A stretch of DNA of 64,000 nucleotides. Origin: Eukaryota sp. GEM-RC1. Its lineage: Eukaryota. This document shows positions 11,901 through 21,573 of the stretch, piece by piece. The translations under genes and the position numbers were made by a program. The stretch spans positions 2,852,001 through 2,916,000 of the forward strand of contig JAUFOQ010000002.1 of the NCBI GenBank assembly GCA_040285855.1, given 5' to 3'. Under the pieces are notes generated by a model. That model worked only from the letters and a program-made list of their open reading frames with translations, searched no databases and was not told the DNA's origin. Positions within the stretch are counted from its first letter, which is position 1. Each line of letters starts with the position of its first letter.

Positions 11901-11956
11901 TGGCTATTGGGGGATAGAAAGGTGAAAGGAGGCTCTTCTAACCTATAGAGTTCCAT
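8915..11956 (-). CDS. 2A-led Upf1/DNA2/NAM7-like SF1 helicase (frameshifted)
   Basis: Walker A IHGAPGTGKTTT (~10335-10370), VAAPSNNAVD, IIDEACQ, VGDHKQLPP (~9755-9780), SLMERL, LNPQYR, LTPYRAQV, TTDAFQGKEVD, FLTDERRINIMLTRSR. About 6 frameshifts. Confidence 0.88.
11798..11839 (-). other. 2A-like peptide DLTLCGDIESDPG/P (N to D variant)
   Basis: Matches 2A except DPGP replaces NPGP (gat vs aat). Lies at the N-terminus of the helicase ORF. Confidence 0.75.
11851..11908 (-). promoter_or_regulatory. Third, diverged copy of the two-hairpin motif, before the helicase 2A
   Basis: Sense strand aatagcc-ataa-ggctatt aa gagcataca-AACAGGATTGAGTTACTCGC-tgtatgttc. Same geometry as the other copies with different, still paired, stems. 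Confidence 0.75.
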
Positions 11957-12005
11957 ATAGAGTGTGGAAACACTTATTTTGAGTTCTTAATCACCCACTT
12001 CTTTA

Positions 12006-12603
12006 ATGTCATTCGAGTCCTTAGAATCTGAATACGACAAACTTATAGAACTTCTTTCTAATGTGAGCGATCCATCAGGAAATCTTCCGGATTCATCTTC
12101 TCCTGAATTCCTTCAACTTCTAAACCAAATCAATAAAGTCACTTGGCCTCTGCAGCAGGACGCTGTTAAAGCAATTCAATTAGGCTTGGAATACCAAGAA
12201 CTTGGAGAAGTAGCTCGCAATGTACACTCTCAGTTATCATCACTCAGAATTCGAGCCAATGTTCTGCAACGTGAACATGACCGTCTAGCTAGTGAGATTT
12301 CTAATCCCCTTGATGACCATCGTGATCTCATCCCACCAGAACTTCACCCCATTGACAACAAAGCCGAGCTGTTTGCAATCATGGATTATTATGATGTAAA
12401 AAAAATGTGATGCAAAATTGAAGTTGCTGGACATGCCGCCAGAACTCGATCCGCTTGATAATCCAGATGCGGTGGCTGCTTGGTTGAGAACACAAATTTT
12501 CCTACGGAGGCAAAAACAGCAGATGAAACTGCCAGAGCCCCAAAGAAAATTGGGGAAAAAGGCCAGCCAAGTAAAGAAAAAACGTATGAATTATAAACTT
12601 TAA
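12006..12603 (+). CDS. Small helical protein of unknown function within the element
   Basis: ORFs 12006-12410 and 12418-12603 join by deleting one A in the A8 run at ~12400. Internal repeat PPELHPIDN / PPELDPLDN and a basic C-terminus. Confidence 0.6.
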
Positions 12604-12854
12604 TAAAAATTTAATTTTAAGTTTATCATAGTCTATCATAGTAACACTTTACATGACTGAAAAGTGTAAAACACCAACAAATTTACGACCAATCTCCATT
12701 CCTGCAACCTAGAACATAAATCTGCCGTGCTAATCTAATCCCAGCTACAACCGTCGTTAGCTAACCTGAATTAAAACAAAAAAAAGGTATCTAAAAAGGT
12801 ATGTAATCAAGTATCAAATTCAAAACAGTCAATTTCTAAGCACTTTAACTCCAA

Positions 12855-14943
12855 ATGCCAATGTCGACTAAACCATCCGCTGTTGCAGCAATGTCTAGGC
12901 ACTCAATGGCTCAGCTTCTAGAAGGTTTTAAAAAAGCCTTAGTCGACACTTCTGAGTCATCATCAACCAATGACTTCATTCATGATCTCCTTAAAGATCC
13001 TCAGTCTATGCAAGTTAATCGCTGTACCCGATATATCAACCAAGTCTTTCGTTATGTAGAAAGTCCTCCAGAAAGTCGTGGAACTCTCATCAACCCTCAA
13101 CAATTCGTCTATTCTCTTGTTGAACTCACCATTGCCTCTTATGGACTCTCTCCTGACTCTTTTGCAGCAGTAGAACATGCAATAGAAGACTACATTTTCC
13201 CTCAAATCTATACTAAACTGCTTCCTCTTTGTTTCAGTGATGATGATCTCGTAATGCAAACACAATATGAACGCTTCTCTTCCATCACACAAGACCAACT
13301 CAAAATAGACTCGTCAATGATCGATGAATCCCTTTCTCCTTGGTCACACGCCATCGCCAAGCTTTCTACCCTCCCTCTAACCCCTTCTCCCACACGTAAA
13401 CTCTTCGTGATCCTTTCTGCTGCTCAATCAATCTATACGAATCCAAACATTGAAGGTGATACCAGCATTGGAGCTGATGTTTTTGTTCCTATATTTATCT
13501 ATGTCATTGTCAAGTCCAAAATTCCCAATCTATGGGCCGAGATCAAGTTTATTCACGAGTACGGCGCAGAACGTCATTTTCAAGGAGAACTCGGATATTA
13601 CTTTGTCACTCTAGAATTCTGTTCAAAGTACATACTTGACTTAACCTCTGATAAACTAGAGCCAATGTCTGATGAAGCTTTGTTGTTTCAAGCCTCTACT
13701 TGGTTAGTTGCAGAGAAACATCGGTTTCAGCAATGGTCGGTGAACTTTGGTTATGTATCTGTGTTGGATAATGTTGTTTTGAAAGGTGTTGTACCCGTCG
13801 TCCTATCTAAGTTTGTATTAAACAGAGCTTGCCCTTGGAGCGTTGTGCTGAAGGAAACTGGAAGGGAAGAGGACCAAGTAGACTTGTTGTTGATGAGAGC
13901 GAAGATTTCGAACCTCACTACTGCACAACAGTTGACCATACGTAAGATGTTCTTCGAACCCCAGACTTATGCTGAGCCTTTGTCTACGATATCGACTGGA
14001 TTTGGGTCGACGATTGTGATTGATCCTAAATCAGAAATGATGGAAGAGCTCGGAGCAATCGTACTACCCACGTCTTCTGTTGATCAGTCACTAGTCAGCG
14101 TTAGGAACATTCTGATACTAAAGTTACTTGGAATTGATTGTGGTCACGTTTCTGATTGGTCGAAAGTACCTCAATCAGCTGTGATCTCTTTTAGAGAAAC
14201 CTTTGCTGCCCCGCCTTATGTTCCTTTAACTGATTCTATTGGGGGAGTACTTACCGAGTTTCAGATTTATCTTAAGGCTTTTGATTGCCTGCCATTGATT
14301 GCCCCTCTCACTGCTGAGCCAGACACACCTTCCTATCACGGAGTTTTGAGGTTTTTAACCCTTTACAATGGTGATAATGAAACTGGATATGGAAATATGT
14401 TTGGAATTGCTCCTTGTAAATTTAATGTAAATTTAAAATATTCTGAATATACTGGGTATGATATCAGTAGGAACGTGTTTTCTTTCCCGCACGTTGAAGG
14501 TGCTCCAACGATTTTCCCTTTTTCTTTCACAATTCTGCAATGTTTAAGATCTCTAACTACCGTTGTGCGATCTCATTTAGATATGTTGGGGTTTGCTATT
14601 CCAAATCCCGTGACTTCTTTGCGGAATTTTTGAAAAAATGGAGGAATTTCAGGAAGCTGCGTCTGGAATTACTGTACGTAATGGAGTTTTGAATTCAAAA
14701 ACATTGCTCCGAATTATGGAGCTGATAACTGAAGAAAACTCTGATGAAAGGAAGGAATTGAAAGCTAAGAAGCTCAAAAGTAAACGTGTTAATGACGTTT
14801 CAGTAGTTGAATTACGTAGATTTTCATGTAGCAGAAATGCCAGACTTTCTGAATCTTCTCAACGAAGTTCCGTTGATGTTGAAGGATCGAGGTTTCCACC
14901 GATTAGTTTGATTCCAGTACCTCCTCAAAGTAGAAATGAGTAG
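12855..14943 (+). CDS. VPS9-domain protein (Rab5-family GEF)
   Basis: SPTRKL, IGADVFVPIFIYVIVK, GELGYYFVTLE. The C-terminus continues after a shift at a T/A run (~14630). Confidence 0.85.
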
Positions 14944-15479
14944 ATTTTTTAAAAAATTTGGGAGATTCCTTGAATTTAGATATTGTATTTTGATGGTCAT
15001 GATTTGTTGACTTTTTTTAATTTATTCATTGTGTGAACTAATCATTCATTTGAATTGAACTTGTTAATCATATGATGGTCTTTTTGCAATAATAAATAGT
15101 TATTCGAAGACTTCAAATAACCTTTTCATTTTCCTATTTTTTTCTTTTCATGATGGTAGACAATACATCCTCCTGTAACGACAAAATGTACAACAATTTT
15201 GAATTTTGAAGTGTTTTTGATATATGCCTCAGAGTTATTAAAAGATGCATTCTTGTATTTAGGGACATTGTTTTTCAAATAGCAGAAAGAATTGCTATAC
15301 TGCTTCCAAGCAAATGAAATTGTGGTGAATATTTGATAATGAACCCTTAAATGAAGTAGAAGTCTAAAGAAATGAAGTAATAATTTACATTTATGACAGC
15401 AGATTGATTAACCAGATTAAGAATTCAAATAGTACAATATATCAAAAAACATATGCAAGACCAAAAACCTCTGAAACAG

Positions 15480-16616
15480 TTACAAATCAAAGTTCTCAGC
15501 AATCTCTTCCGGTACAGAAATCTCTAATACTGGCAGCTTATTCTCACTTCGATGCAGGTAAATAGCATATCTAAAAGCCGAAAACCAATCATTTCTAGCA
15601 GTCACTGATCCTGCCTCAATCACAAGTGATTTCTTCTCAGTCAGAATACTTATCACGAATCCTTTCCTCTTCACCAACTTCTCCCGTTGCTCGTCAGTTC
15701 GAGTTTGATTAGCCAGGTTTTCAAACAACGTCTCGACATAGGAACATTCACTTCCTATTTTGAGGCTGGTAATGTCCTTAGTTAAAATAACATCACTAGC
15801 TTTGGGAGCTGCCTTTCTCAAGTCTCTCCACATCACCTCAGCACAATCTTCAGATACAAAAATAAATTCTCGTTGTGCAACCTTGTCCGGAATATAGCGT
15901 AGAAAGACACCTCCAGTGAAGAGACGTTGACTCCAGCTGGTTTTGTATTGAGGTGGGCAAATGAGAGGATCCTCCAATCTCTGAATTCTCAGGTGTTTGC
16001 GTTTCTCCAGGACTTCCTCTTGATGCTTCTTACGGGCTTCCCGGCGAAGGCGCTTCTTCTCTTGACGGAGAGCCTCTTGGATAGCGTCTTGCTGCCGTTT
16101 AAGTTCCATTTGATATGCTCTAGCACGCTGTTCACATAAAGCGGGATCAAACACAGTATCGAGACTACGGGGATTGATCAGGATAGTACGTAGAGTAATG
16201 ACGATGTCTTGGCAGGGATTGTCATCTAATTCGTATGAGTGGACGGGAAGCCGGCATCGGAAACACCAAATGACTTTGGATTTTACATTAATACACAGAG
16301 AATGAGAGCATGCAGCATATGAAATGAGTAGAGACGTGTGACTGGAGGAGTTGTGTTTGGTGAAATGGTCACGTATATGAGTGGAGCAACCAACAAAAGA
16401 ACAGTTGGGGTGAAGGCATGCCCATAGCTTACGGGTGGCCTTACATGTTCCACATCCAATTTGCCCCGATTGCAACGCCTTCTGTATCGTATTGGAGCCA
16501 TATATGCCAAAGAACATCTCCGGTATAACGGAACTGATGTGGTAGCAGGTCATAATCAATACACAACGAAAGAAAGAAGTGAAGAAGATTGGTCTGATTT
16601 GGCAAAATTTGCGCAT
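15480..16616 (-). CDS. zf-UBP zinc finger, coiled coil and PH-domain protein
   Basis: CGTC..LWACLHPNCSFVGC..HIRDHF..H..IWCFRC; C-terminal PH (KSLVIEAGSVTARNDWF). The true start is uncertain. Confidence 0.7.
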   Translation of the reverse strand: MRKFCQIRPIFFTSFFRCVLIMTCYHISSVIPEMFFGIYGSNTIQKALQSGQIGCGTCKATRKLWACLHPNCSFVGCSTHIRDHFTKHNSSSHTSLLISYAACSHSLCINVKSKVIWCFRCRLPVHSYELDDNPCQDIVITLRTILINPRSLDTVFDPALCEQRARAYQMELKRQQDAIQEALRQEKKRLRREARKKHQEEVLEKRKHLRIQRLEDPLICPPQYKTSWSQRLFTGGVFLRYIPDKVAQREFIFVSEDCAEVMWRDLRKAAPKASDVILTKDITSLKIGSECSYVETLFENLANQTRTDEQREKLVKRKGFVISILTEKKSLVIEAGSVTARNDWFSAFRYAIYLHRSENKLPVLEISVPEEIAENFDL

Positions 16617-16889
16617 CTGATGGCAAAACTACTTCTGCAAGGTTTTAGTACATCATTACCGGATGAAGACTTTTTTATCATGAGTACCATATATTGACCT
16701 TGCTTTACATGAATTGAGTCTTTCTTGACCCACATCACATGTGAAATCGCACAACGATCCCGCGGTTCCTATGTGATTCAATTTCATCAAGTTTAGTTCT
16801 ATTCAAAGTATGTGCTTTGTTTAAGTTGGACAATTTCTTATATAATTACCGGAAGAACAATGGTTTTGAATAATCTAAATCAGAACAGT

Positions 16890-17134
16890 TGATAACTGAA
16901 GAAAACTCTGATGAAAGATCTAAACTGAGAGCAATTAAGCTCAAAAGTAAACGTATTAATGACGTTTCAGTTGTTGAACTACTAAGACTTTCTTGCAGTA
17001 GAAATGCTAGACTTTCTGAATCTTCCTCACGAAGTTCAACTGATGTTGAAGGCTGTGATTTCTACCACAAGTATAATTCCAGTAGCTCCTCAAAGTAAAA
17101 ATGAGTAGATTTTTGAAAAAATTGGGAGATTCCT
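16890..17134 (+). pseudogene. Partial duplicate of the VPS9 gene 3' end and UTR
   Basis: Aligns by eye to 14723-14970 (ITEENSDER..KLKSKR.NDVSVVEL..). Confidence 0.85.
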
Positions 17135-17291
17135 CTAGCTTAAATTAGAACAATATATAGTCAGACACTTTTTGATTGAAAGATGTAGACGTGTACTAAT
17201 TCAATCAGTTGCCATATTGGGTTGCGTACTAAACAACAATTAGTAACAATAAATAAAAATAATAAATAAGAATAAGTAATAGAATGGTAAA

Positions 17292-18095
17292 TCAATCAGA
17301 AATAACAACCACGTCATCATCATCATCATCATCGTTATCTTCCACTTCTGATTCCTTTTCCACTCTCTTAACCTTCCAAAAAGGTGACAACGAAGGAGAA
17401 GACGATGGTATCGGCGTGGCTAACTTTGTAAACGTGACCTCCTCATCGGTAAATGAATAACCACATCTAGTTAATAGATCGTGGAAGTTAGTGCAACCAT
17501 ACTGTTCACTCCAGAATCTTCCATCAGTTGCATCAATGATCCTATCCTCAAGAACCTTGGGGGAGCACTTTTGGGTAATGTGATTGTCTATGAGCTTTTG
17601 GGCATCGTCCAGAGGTAGTAGATTCTTTCCGAGTAAAGTGTCCTCAGTAATAAACCTGCACGCAGATTTAGAGTAAAATTTTGAAGTTTTCGGGCTTCCA
17701 ACTACTACGACATTGACTCCATACTGGCGAAGACGTCGAACAAGGAAGTAAAAGTCACTATCACCCGAAGCTAAGATGATTCTTAGAGGAGTGTCTCTAT
17801 TTTGGAAATAGTGATCTAAAACATCAATCATGATTAGACTGTCGGTTGAGTTCTTGTGATTGGAAGGAGGTTGTACAATGATAGGTGAGAGGCCGGCATT
17901 GTGACAGGCAGAAGACCAAGCTTTGAAGTTGTTCTGTTGAATATGGTTTTGTCGTCTGTTGGCAGCAAATAGAGTAACGTATGCATATATGTTGGGTCTG
18001 GGTCCAAATTTGCACTTGAGAGCAGCAAGAAAGTTGGAAGCAACATTTGATGAAAAATTGTCACAATCAATATAAATAAGAGTGTTTAGAGACAT
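17292..18095 (-). CDS. NYN (LabA/DUF88 PIN-fold) ribonuclease with possible OST-HTH domain
   Basis: IYIDCDN, KNSTDSLIMID, ILASGDSDF, LRQYGVNVVVVG, YGCTNFHDLL. Confidence 0.85.
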   Translation of the reverse strand: MSLNTLIYIDCDNFSSNVASNFLAALKCKFGPRPNIYAYVTLFAANRRQNHIQQNNFKAWSSACHNAGLSPIIVQPPSNHKNSTDSLIMIDVLDHYFQNRDTPLRIILASGDSDFYFLVRRLRQYGVNVVVVGSPKTSKFYSKSACRFITEDTLLGKNLLPLDDAQKLIDNHITQKCSPKVLEDRIIDATDGRFWSEQYGCTNFHDLLTRCGYSFTDEEVTFTKLATPIPSSSPSLSPFWKVKRVEKESEVEDNDDDDDDDVVVISD

Positions 18096-18221
18096 CTATT
18101 TAGTTAAGGTTGGTAGCAAAAGAGTCAGTTTTTGGGCTTTTCAAACAGAAGAAAAAGAGACAAATCTTTAACAACTTAAGAAGCTTTTCTTCAAACCAAA
18201 CTTAATTCACATCTTTCTTCA

Positions 18222-19151
18222 ATGTTTCCTACCTTATACAAACACTCAGATGCTCATGAAGATAGCATCTTTGCTGTGAGATTTACTTCTGAAAACCAGA
18301 TCGTTACTGGTTCTGTAGATGAAACTGTCAAAGCATGGGATGTTCAAAAGGCTCTCAGCGGTGATTCTGAAATACTGGTCTCTGAAACTCCGGAGTTTGG
18401 TCTTGGTGTTGTTCAACTTGCAGCATCTTCTCAATCTTCTCTTGTAGCTGCACACTCCATGGATTCTGCTATTCGCCTGTTTCACCCTGAACAAGGAATT
18501 CGTGACACTCTTGAAACAGGTCCTATTGAAACTTGGGGCGTTTCAATGTCTGCAGATGGCCAATTCATCGCTAGTGGAGGTATTACTGGTGTCATAACAA
18601 TCTGGTCTACCGATCCGGAACACTCGAAAAAAACTCTAGAATCTCGTCAAGATTTTGTATTATGCACAGCATTCGTATGCCCTCCTTCTCTACTTAACCT
18701 TAGTCACCCGATGGATCCTACCTTGCTTGTGGTCAACGCAACGGTACAGTCGCAATGTTTGACCTAGCCACAAATTCTCTAGTCTTTGAAGCACGTGATC
18801 ACACTGATCCAGTGCGGACAATCTCCTTTTCCCCCTGATTGTAAGTATCTATGCTCAGGAAGTGATGACATGTCACTACGACTGTATGAAGTCTCTACTG
18901 GTTCTCTGGTGGATACTTTTATAGGCCACTCTTCGTGGGTTCTCTCTTGTTGTTGGGATGTCATGTCTTCTCGAGTTTTCTCTTCTTCTGCTGATTCTAC
19001 GATACGAGTTTGGGAGATTGCTTCGAGGAAGTGTTTGGGTGTAATTAATGCACATACGGATCCTGTTTGGTCGATAGATGTTAGTCCGACTGGATCGTTG
19101 TTGGTTTCTGTTGGAGAAGATAAACAGTTTTGCATTCATCAAATAAACTAA
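18222..19151 (+). CDS. WDR61: WD40 protein, WDR61/Ski8-like
   Basis: AHEDSIF, VTGSVDETVKAW, LGVVQL, SMDSAIRLF, GPIETW, GHSSWVL. Intron 18675-18703; extra C in a C5 run at ~18833. Confidence 0.8.
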
Positions 19152-19266
19152 TCAATTGTATTGTTTTTTAAGTGTTTTTTCCATTATTGTTTTATCAATT
19201 CATCGTATTGTTGGCGGCCCACAATGTGTATTTTCAGGATCTTCATTTATTGAATGAATCTTTTTG

Positions 19267-19910
19267 GCAGGGCTCCTCATAAATAAATATAAATTCTATT
19301 TATTTCTATTTATTTCTATTTATATTTATTTTTGAGCCTTTTTGGCGATCGTGCAAATAAAACAAAATAAAACAAAATAATAATAAATATAAATAAAATC
19401 TCTTTCGTTTATCCATACACTTGAGGTCCTTTTTACTCAATCTAAGTTCAAAACTCTCTTTTAGATCATAGTCAAAATGAACGCGTGCCAACTGGTGCTG
19501 TCAGAATCATCAATATGAACGAAGAATGTGCTCAATTCAATGAAATTGTCAAAATTTCCTACAACGGATTAGTAGATGTTGATGAAGCTGTTTTCTCATA
19601 CAATCCAATCTATTCTTTAGGAGTGAACGAAAGAAACTTTATAGCAACTAAAATGCTGCTCGATCTTCATGGGTCTTGATGAAATGACAATATTGGTGCA
19701 ATCATATTAAGTAATGGGTCATATATGTCTAGACGAGCCAAAAACTGTCCATTGAATTGGTTTCCCTTACCATGACTTGAACTAAGACTTGTATAATAAT
19801 ATTTTGCTTATATTTGTGTTTTATTTTGTTTTAATTATATTTATTTCACATTTATTTTTGGCACTGTTTGATGTTCAAATTATTTTAAATTATCTTATGA
19901 GAGGGCCTGC
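19267..19910. mobile_element. Possible decayed DNA-transposon derivative
   Basis: Imperfect inverted ends gcagggctcctcataa / ttatgagagggcctgc (13/16), AT-rich subtermini, interrupted internal frames. Confidence 0.3.
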
Positions 19911-20132
19911 TTTTTGGTCAGATATCGAAGATCAAATCATTTATCATTTTAATTGATAATTAAAAAGTAGAATCAACAACAAAAAGACGGTCAGCAACAT
20001 ATGCTCATTTAAAGCCCATTTCCATATGTAAAAGATGCTTCAATAGAAACATAGGGCAACACACAAACTAAGCTAACAATCAATAAAAACCCTAATATAT
20101 AAAATTGTACACAACAATACGATAAACTAATA

Positions 20133-21518
20133 CTATTCCGGTAATAATAAATACGTAGAACTACCAACATCAACATTCACACCTCTACCCATCTTTAGAA
20201 ACATTATAAGCACTGCCGCTAAGATCAACCATCCTGAGAATGTCGTAATGACAAAGAACTTAGATACTCCAAATAACTGCTGAAGAAGAGACGAGAGCAA
20301 CAAAACAAACATTTGAGCAAACACACACGCAGCATTGAGGAAACTATAGTAGGTTCCAGTGTTTTCTTTCATAATAATAGGAAGAATATCAAAGGGAAGC
20401 ACATTAATAGCACAAAAGGACAATCCAACCGCAAAATAGCACCCCCATAATACATACTTCTCGTCAATAAAGAAAGGAATGATCAGACCAGCAGCACCAA
20501 GCAACTGAGCAACACAGTACAGAAGCTTATGACCAAGCCATAGAGTCAACTTTGGACATAGAATACTCATACAGAAGGACCCCACAGACATGAAGGTTAA
20601 AGCCAAAGATCCACTCTTCAAGTCAAGAGCCTTGGTGATGAAGAGTTGGAAGGGGAAGAAGCCAGCCCAGGATAGAAAGAAGACGAGGCCAAGTAAACGG
20701 ACTGACGGAGTGGACTTAACAACTGCAGTACCAAGTTGTTTAAGCATGGATGAGAACCCAGACTGTTCCTCATCATGAACATCCTTCAATTGTTCTTCTT
20801 TTCCCACGATTAAAGAAGGAATACAGACAGCAATGACGGCTACAGCAGAGCCACCAAAGACGTAGATCATCGTCCATTGGAAGTCAGTGATGGGGATTCG
20901 AAAGATAGAATCAGCATCTGCCGCAGAGTAGAAGATCATGTAGTTGGTAAAGACTTGAGCGGTGGACATAGCGAGACCACACACTGATTGAGCTCTAGTT
21001 TGTTCATGTACAGAGTCGTTGGTTAAGCGTGAAACCACATCAGTGACGAGAGCACGGGAAGGAGTCTGCAGAGTGTTTAAACCAATGTTAAGCAGCCATA
21101 GACCAGTGAGGATTGTGATGAGGGCAACAGTGGAGTTACCAAAGTACTTGATGAATGGGTAAGTGCAACCAACAAGGAGCAGGGAAAATGACGTGAGAAG
21201 GGATCCTCCAATAACAAAAGGACGACGACGACCCATTTTACTTCTACATTTGTCACTAAGGGCACCCATTATAGGATTGACGATGAAACCACTGAGAGGG
21301 CCAGCTAGGAAGGACAGTGAAGAAGCTAGAGGTGGGAGTAAGAGCTCATCTTCTAGAAAACGCATTAGAAAAGCAAACTCGACAGCAAAACCAATTTGGA
21401 TGGCTAATTGGGCAAAGTTTAAGGCAATAAGGAACCATATAGACAAATGACGGGTTTTAACGGGATGAGATGAGTTGATGGGTTCATCTTTGCTCATTGA
21501 GACGTTTGAGACTTTCAA
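20133..21518 (-). CDS. MFS sucrose/GPH-family transporter (SUC/SLC45-like)
   Basis: AIQIGFAVE, AGPLSGFIVNPIMGALSDKCRSKMGRRRPF, QTPSRALVTD, about 12 TM segments. Confidence 0.9.
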   Translation of the reverse strand: MKVSNVSMSKDEPINSSHPVKTRHLSIWFLIALNFAQLAIQIGFAVEFAFLMRFLEDELLLPPLASSLSFLAGPLSGFIVNPIMGALSDKCRSKMGRRRPFVIGGSLLTSFSLLLVGCTYPFIKYFGNSTVALITILTGLWLLNIGLNTLQTPSRALVTDVVSRLTNDSVHEQTRAQSVCGLAMSTAQVFTNYMIFYSAADADSIFRIPITDFQWTMIYVFGGSAVAVIAVCIPSLIVGKEEQLKDVHDEEQSGFSSMLKQLGTAVVKSTPSVRLLGLVFFLSWAGFFPFQLFITKALDLKSGSLALTFMSVGSFCMSILCPKLTLWLGHKLLYCVAQLLGAAGLIIPFFIDEKYVLWGCYFAVGLSFCAINVLPFDILPIIMKENTGTYYSFLNAACVFAQMFVLLLSSLLQQLFGVSKFFVITTFSGWLILAAVLIMFLKMGRGVNVDVGSSTYLLLPE

Positions 21519-21573
21519 GATGTGGAACTAATAGTAGAGGAGGTCAAAAGTCATTAGCCCGCCATTTTTTTAC

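Larger units (their letters stand above)
2800..12833 (-). mobile_element. ~10 kb Fanzor-carrying element (2A-Ulp1-Ulp1-exonuclease-Fanzor; 2A-SF1 helicase; small divergent ORF)
   Basis: Intronless cluster of TE/virus-type domains between divergent host ATGs (2768 and 12855). Flanked by caaattctaag (2789-2799) and caatttctaag (12830-12840). Exact ends are inferred. Confidence 0.75.

Noticed and set aside
2840..11956. Programmed frameshifting or a variant genetic code as the cause of the split ORFs
   Set aside because: The shifts go in both directions, fall inside domains and also hit host genes. All three stop codons end normal genes here.
2800..12833. Helitron assignment
   Set aside because: No HUH Rep motifs, the helicase is Upf1-type rather than Pif1-type, and the end after the hairpin is CTTAG rather than CTRR.
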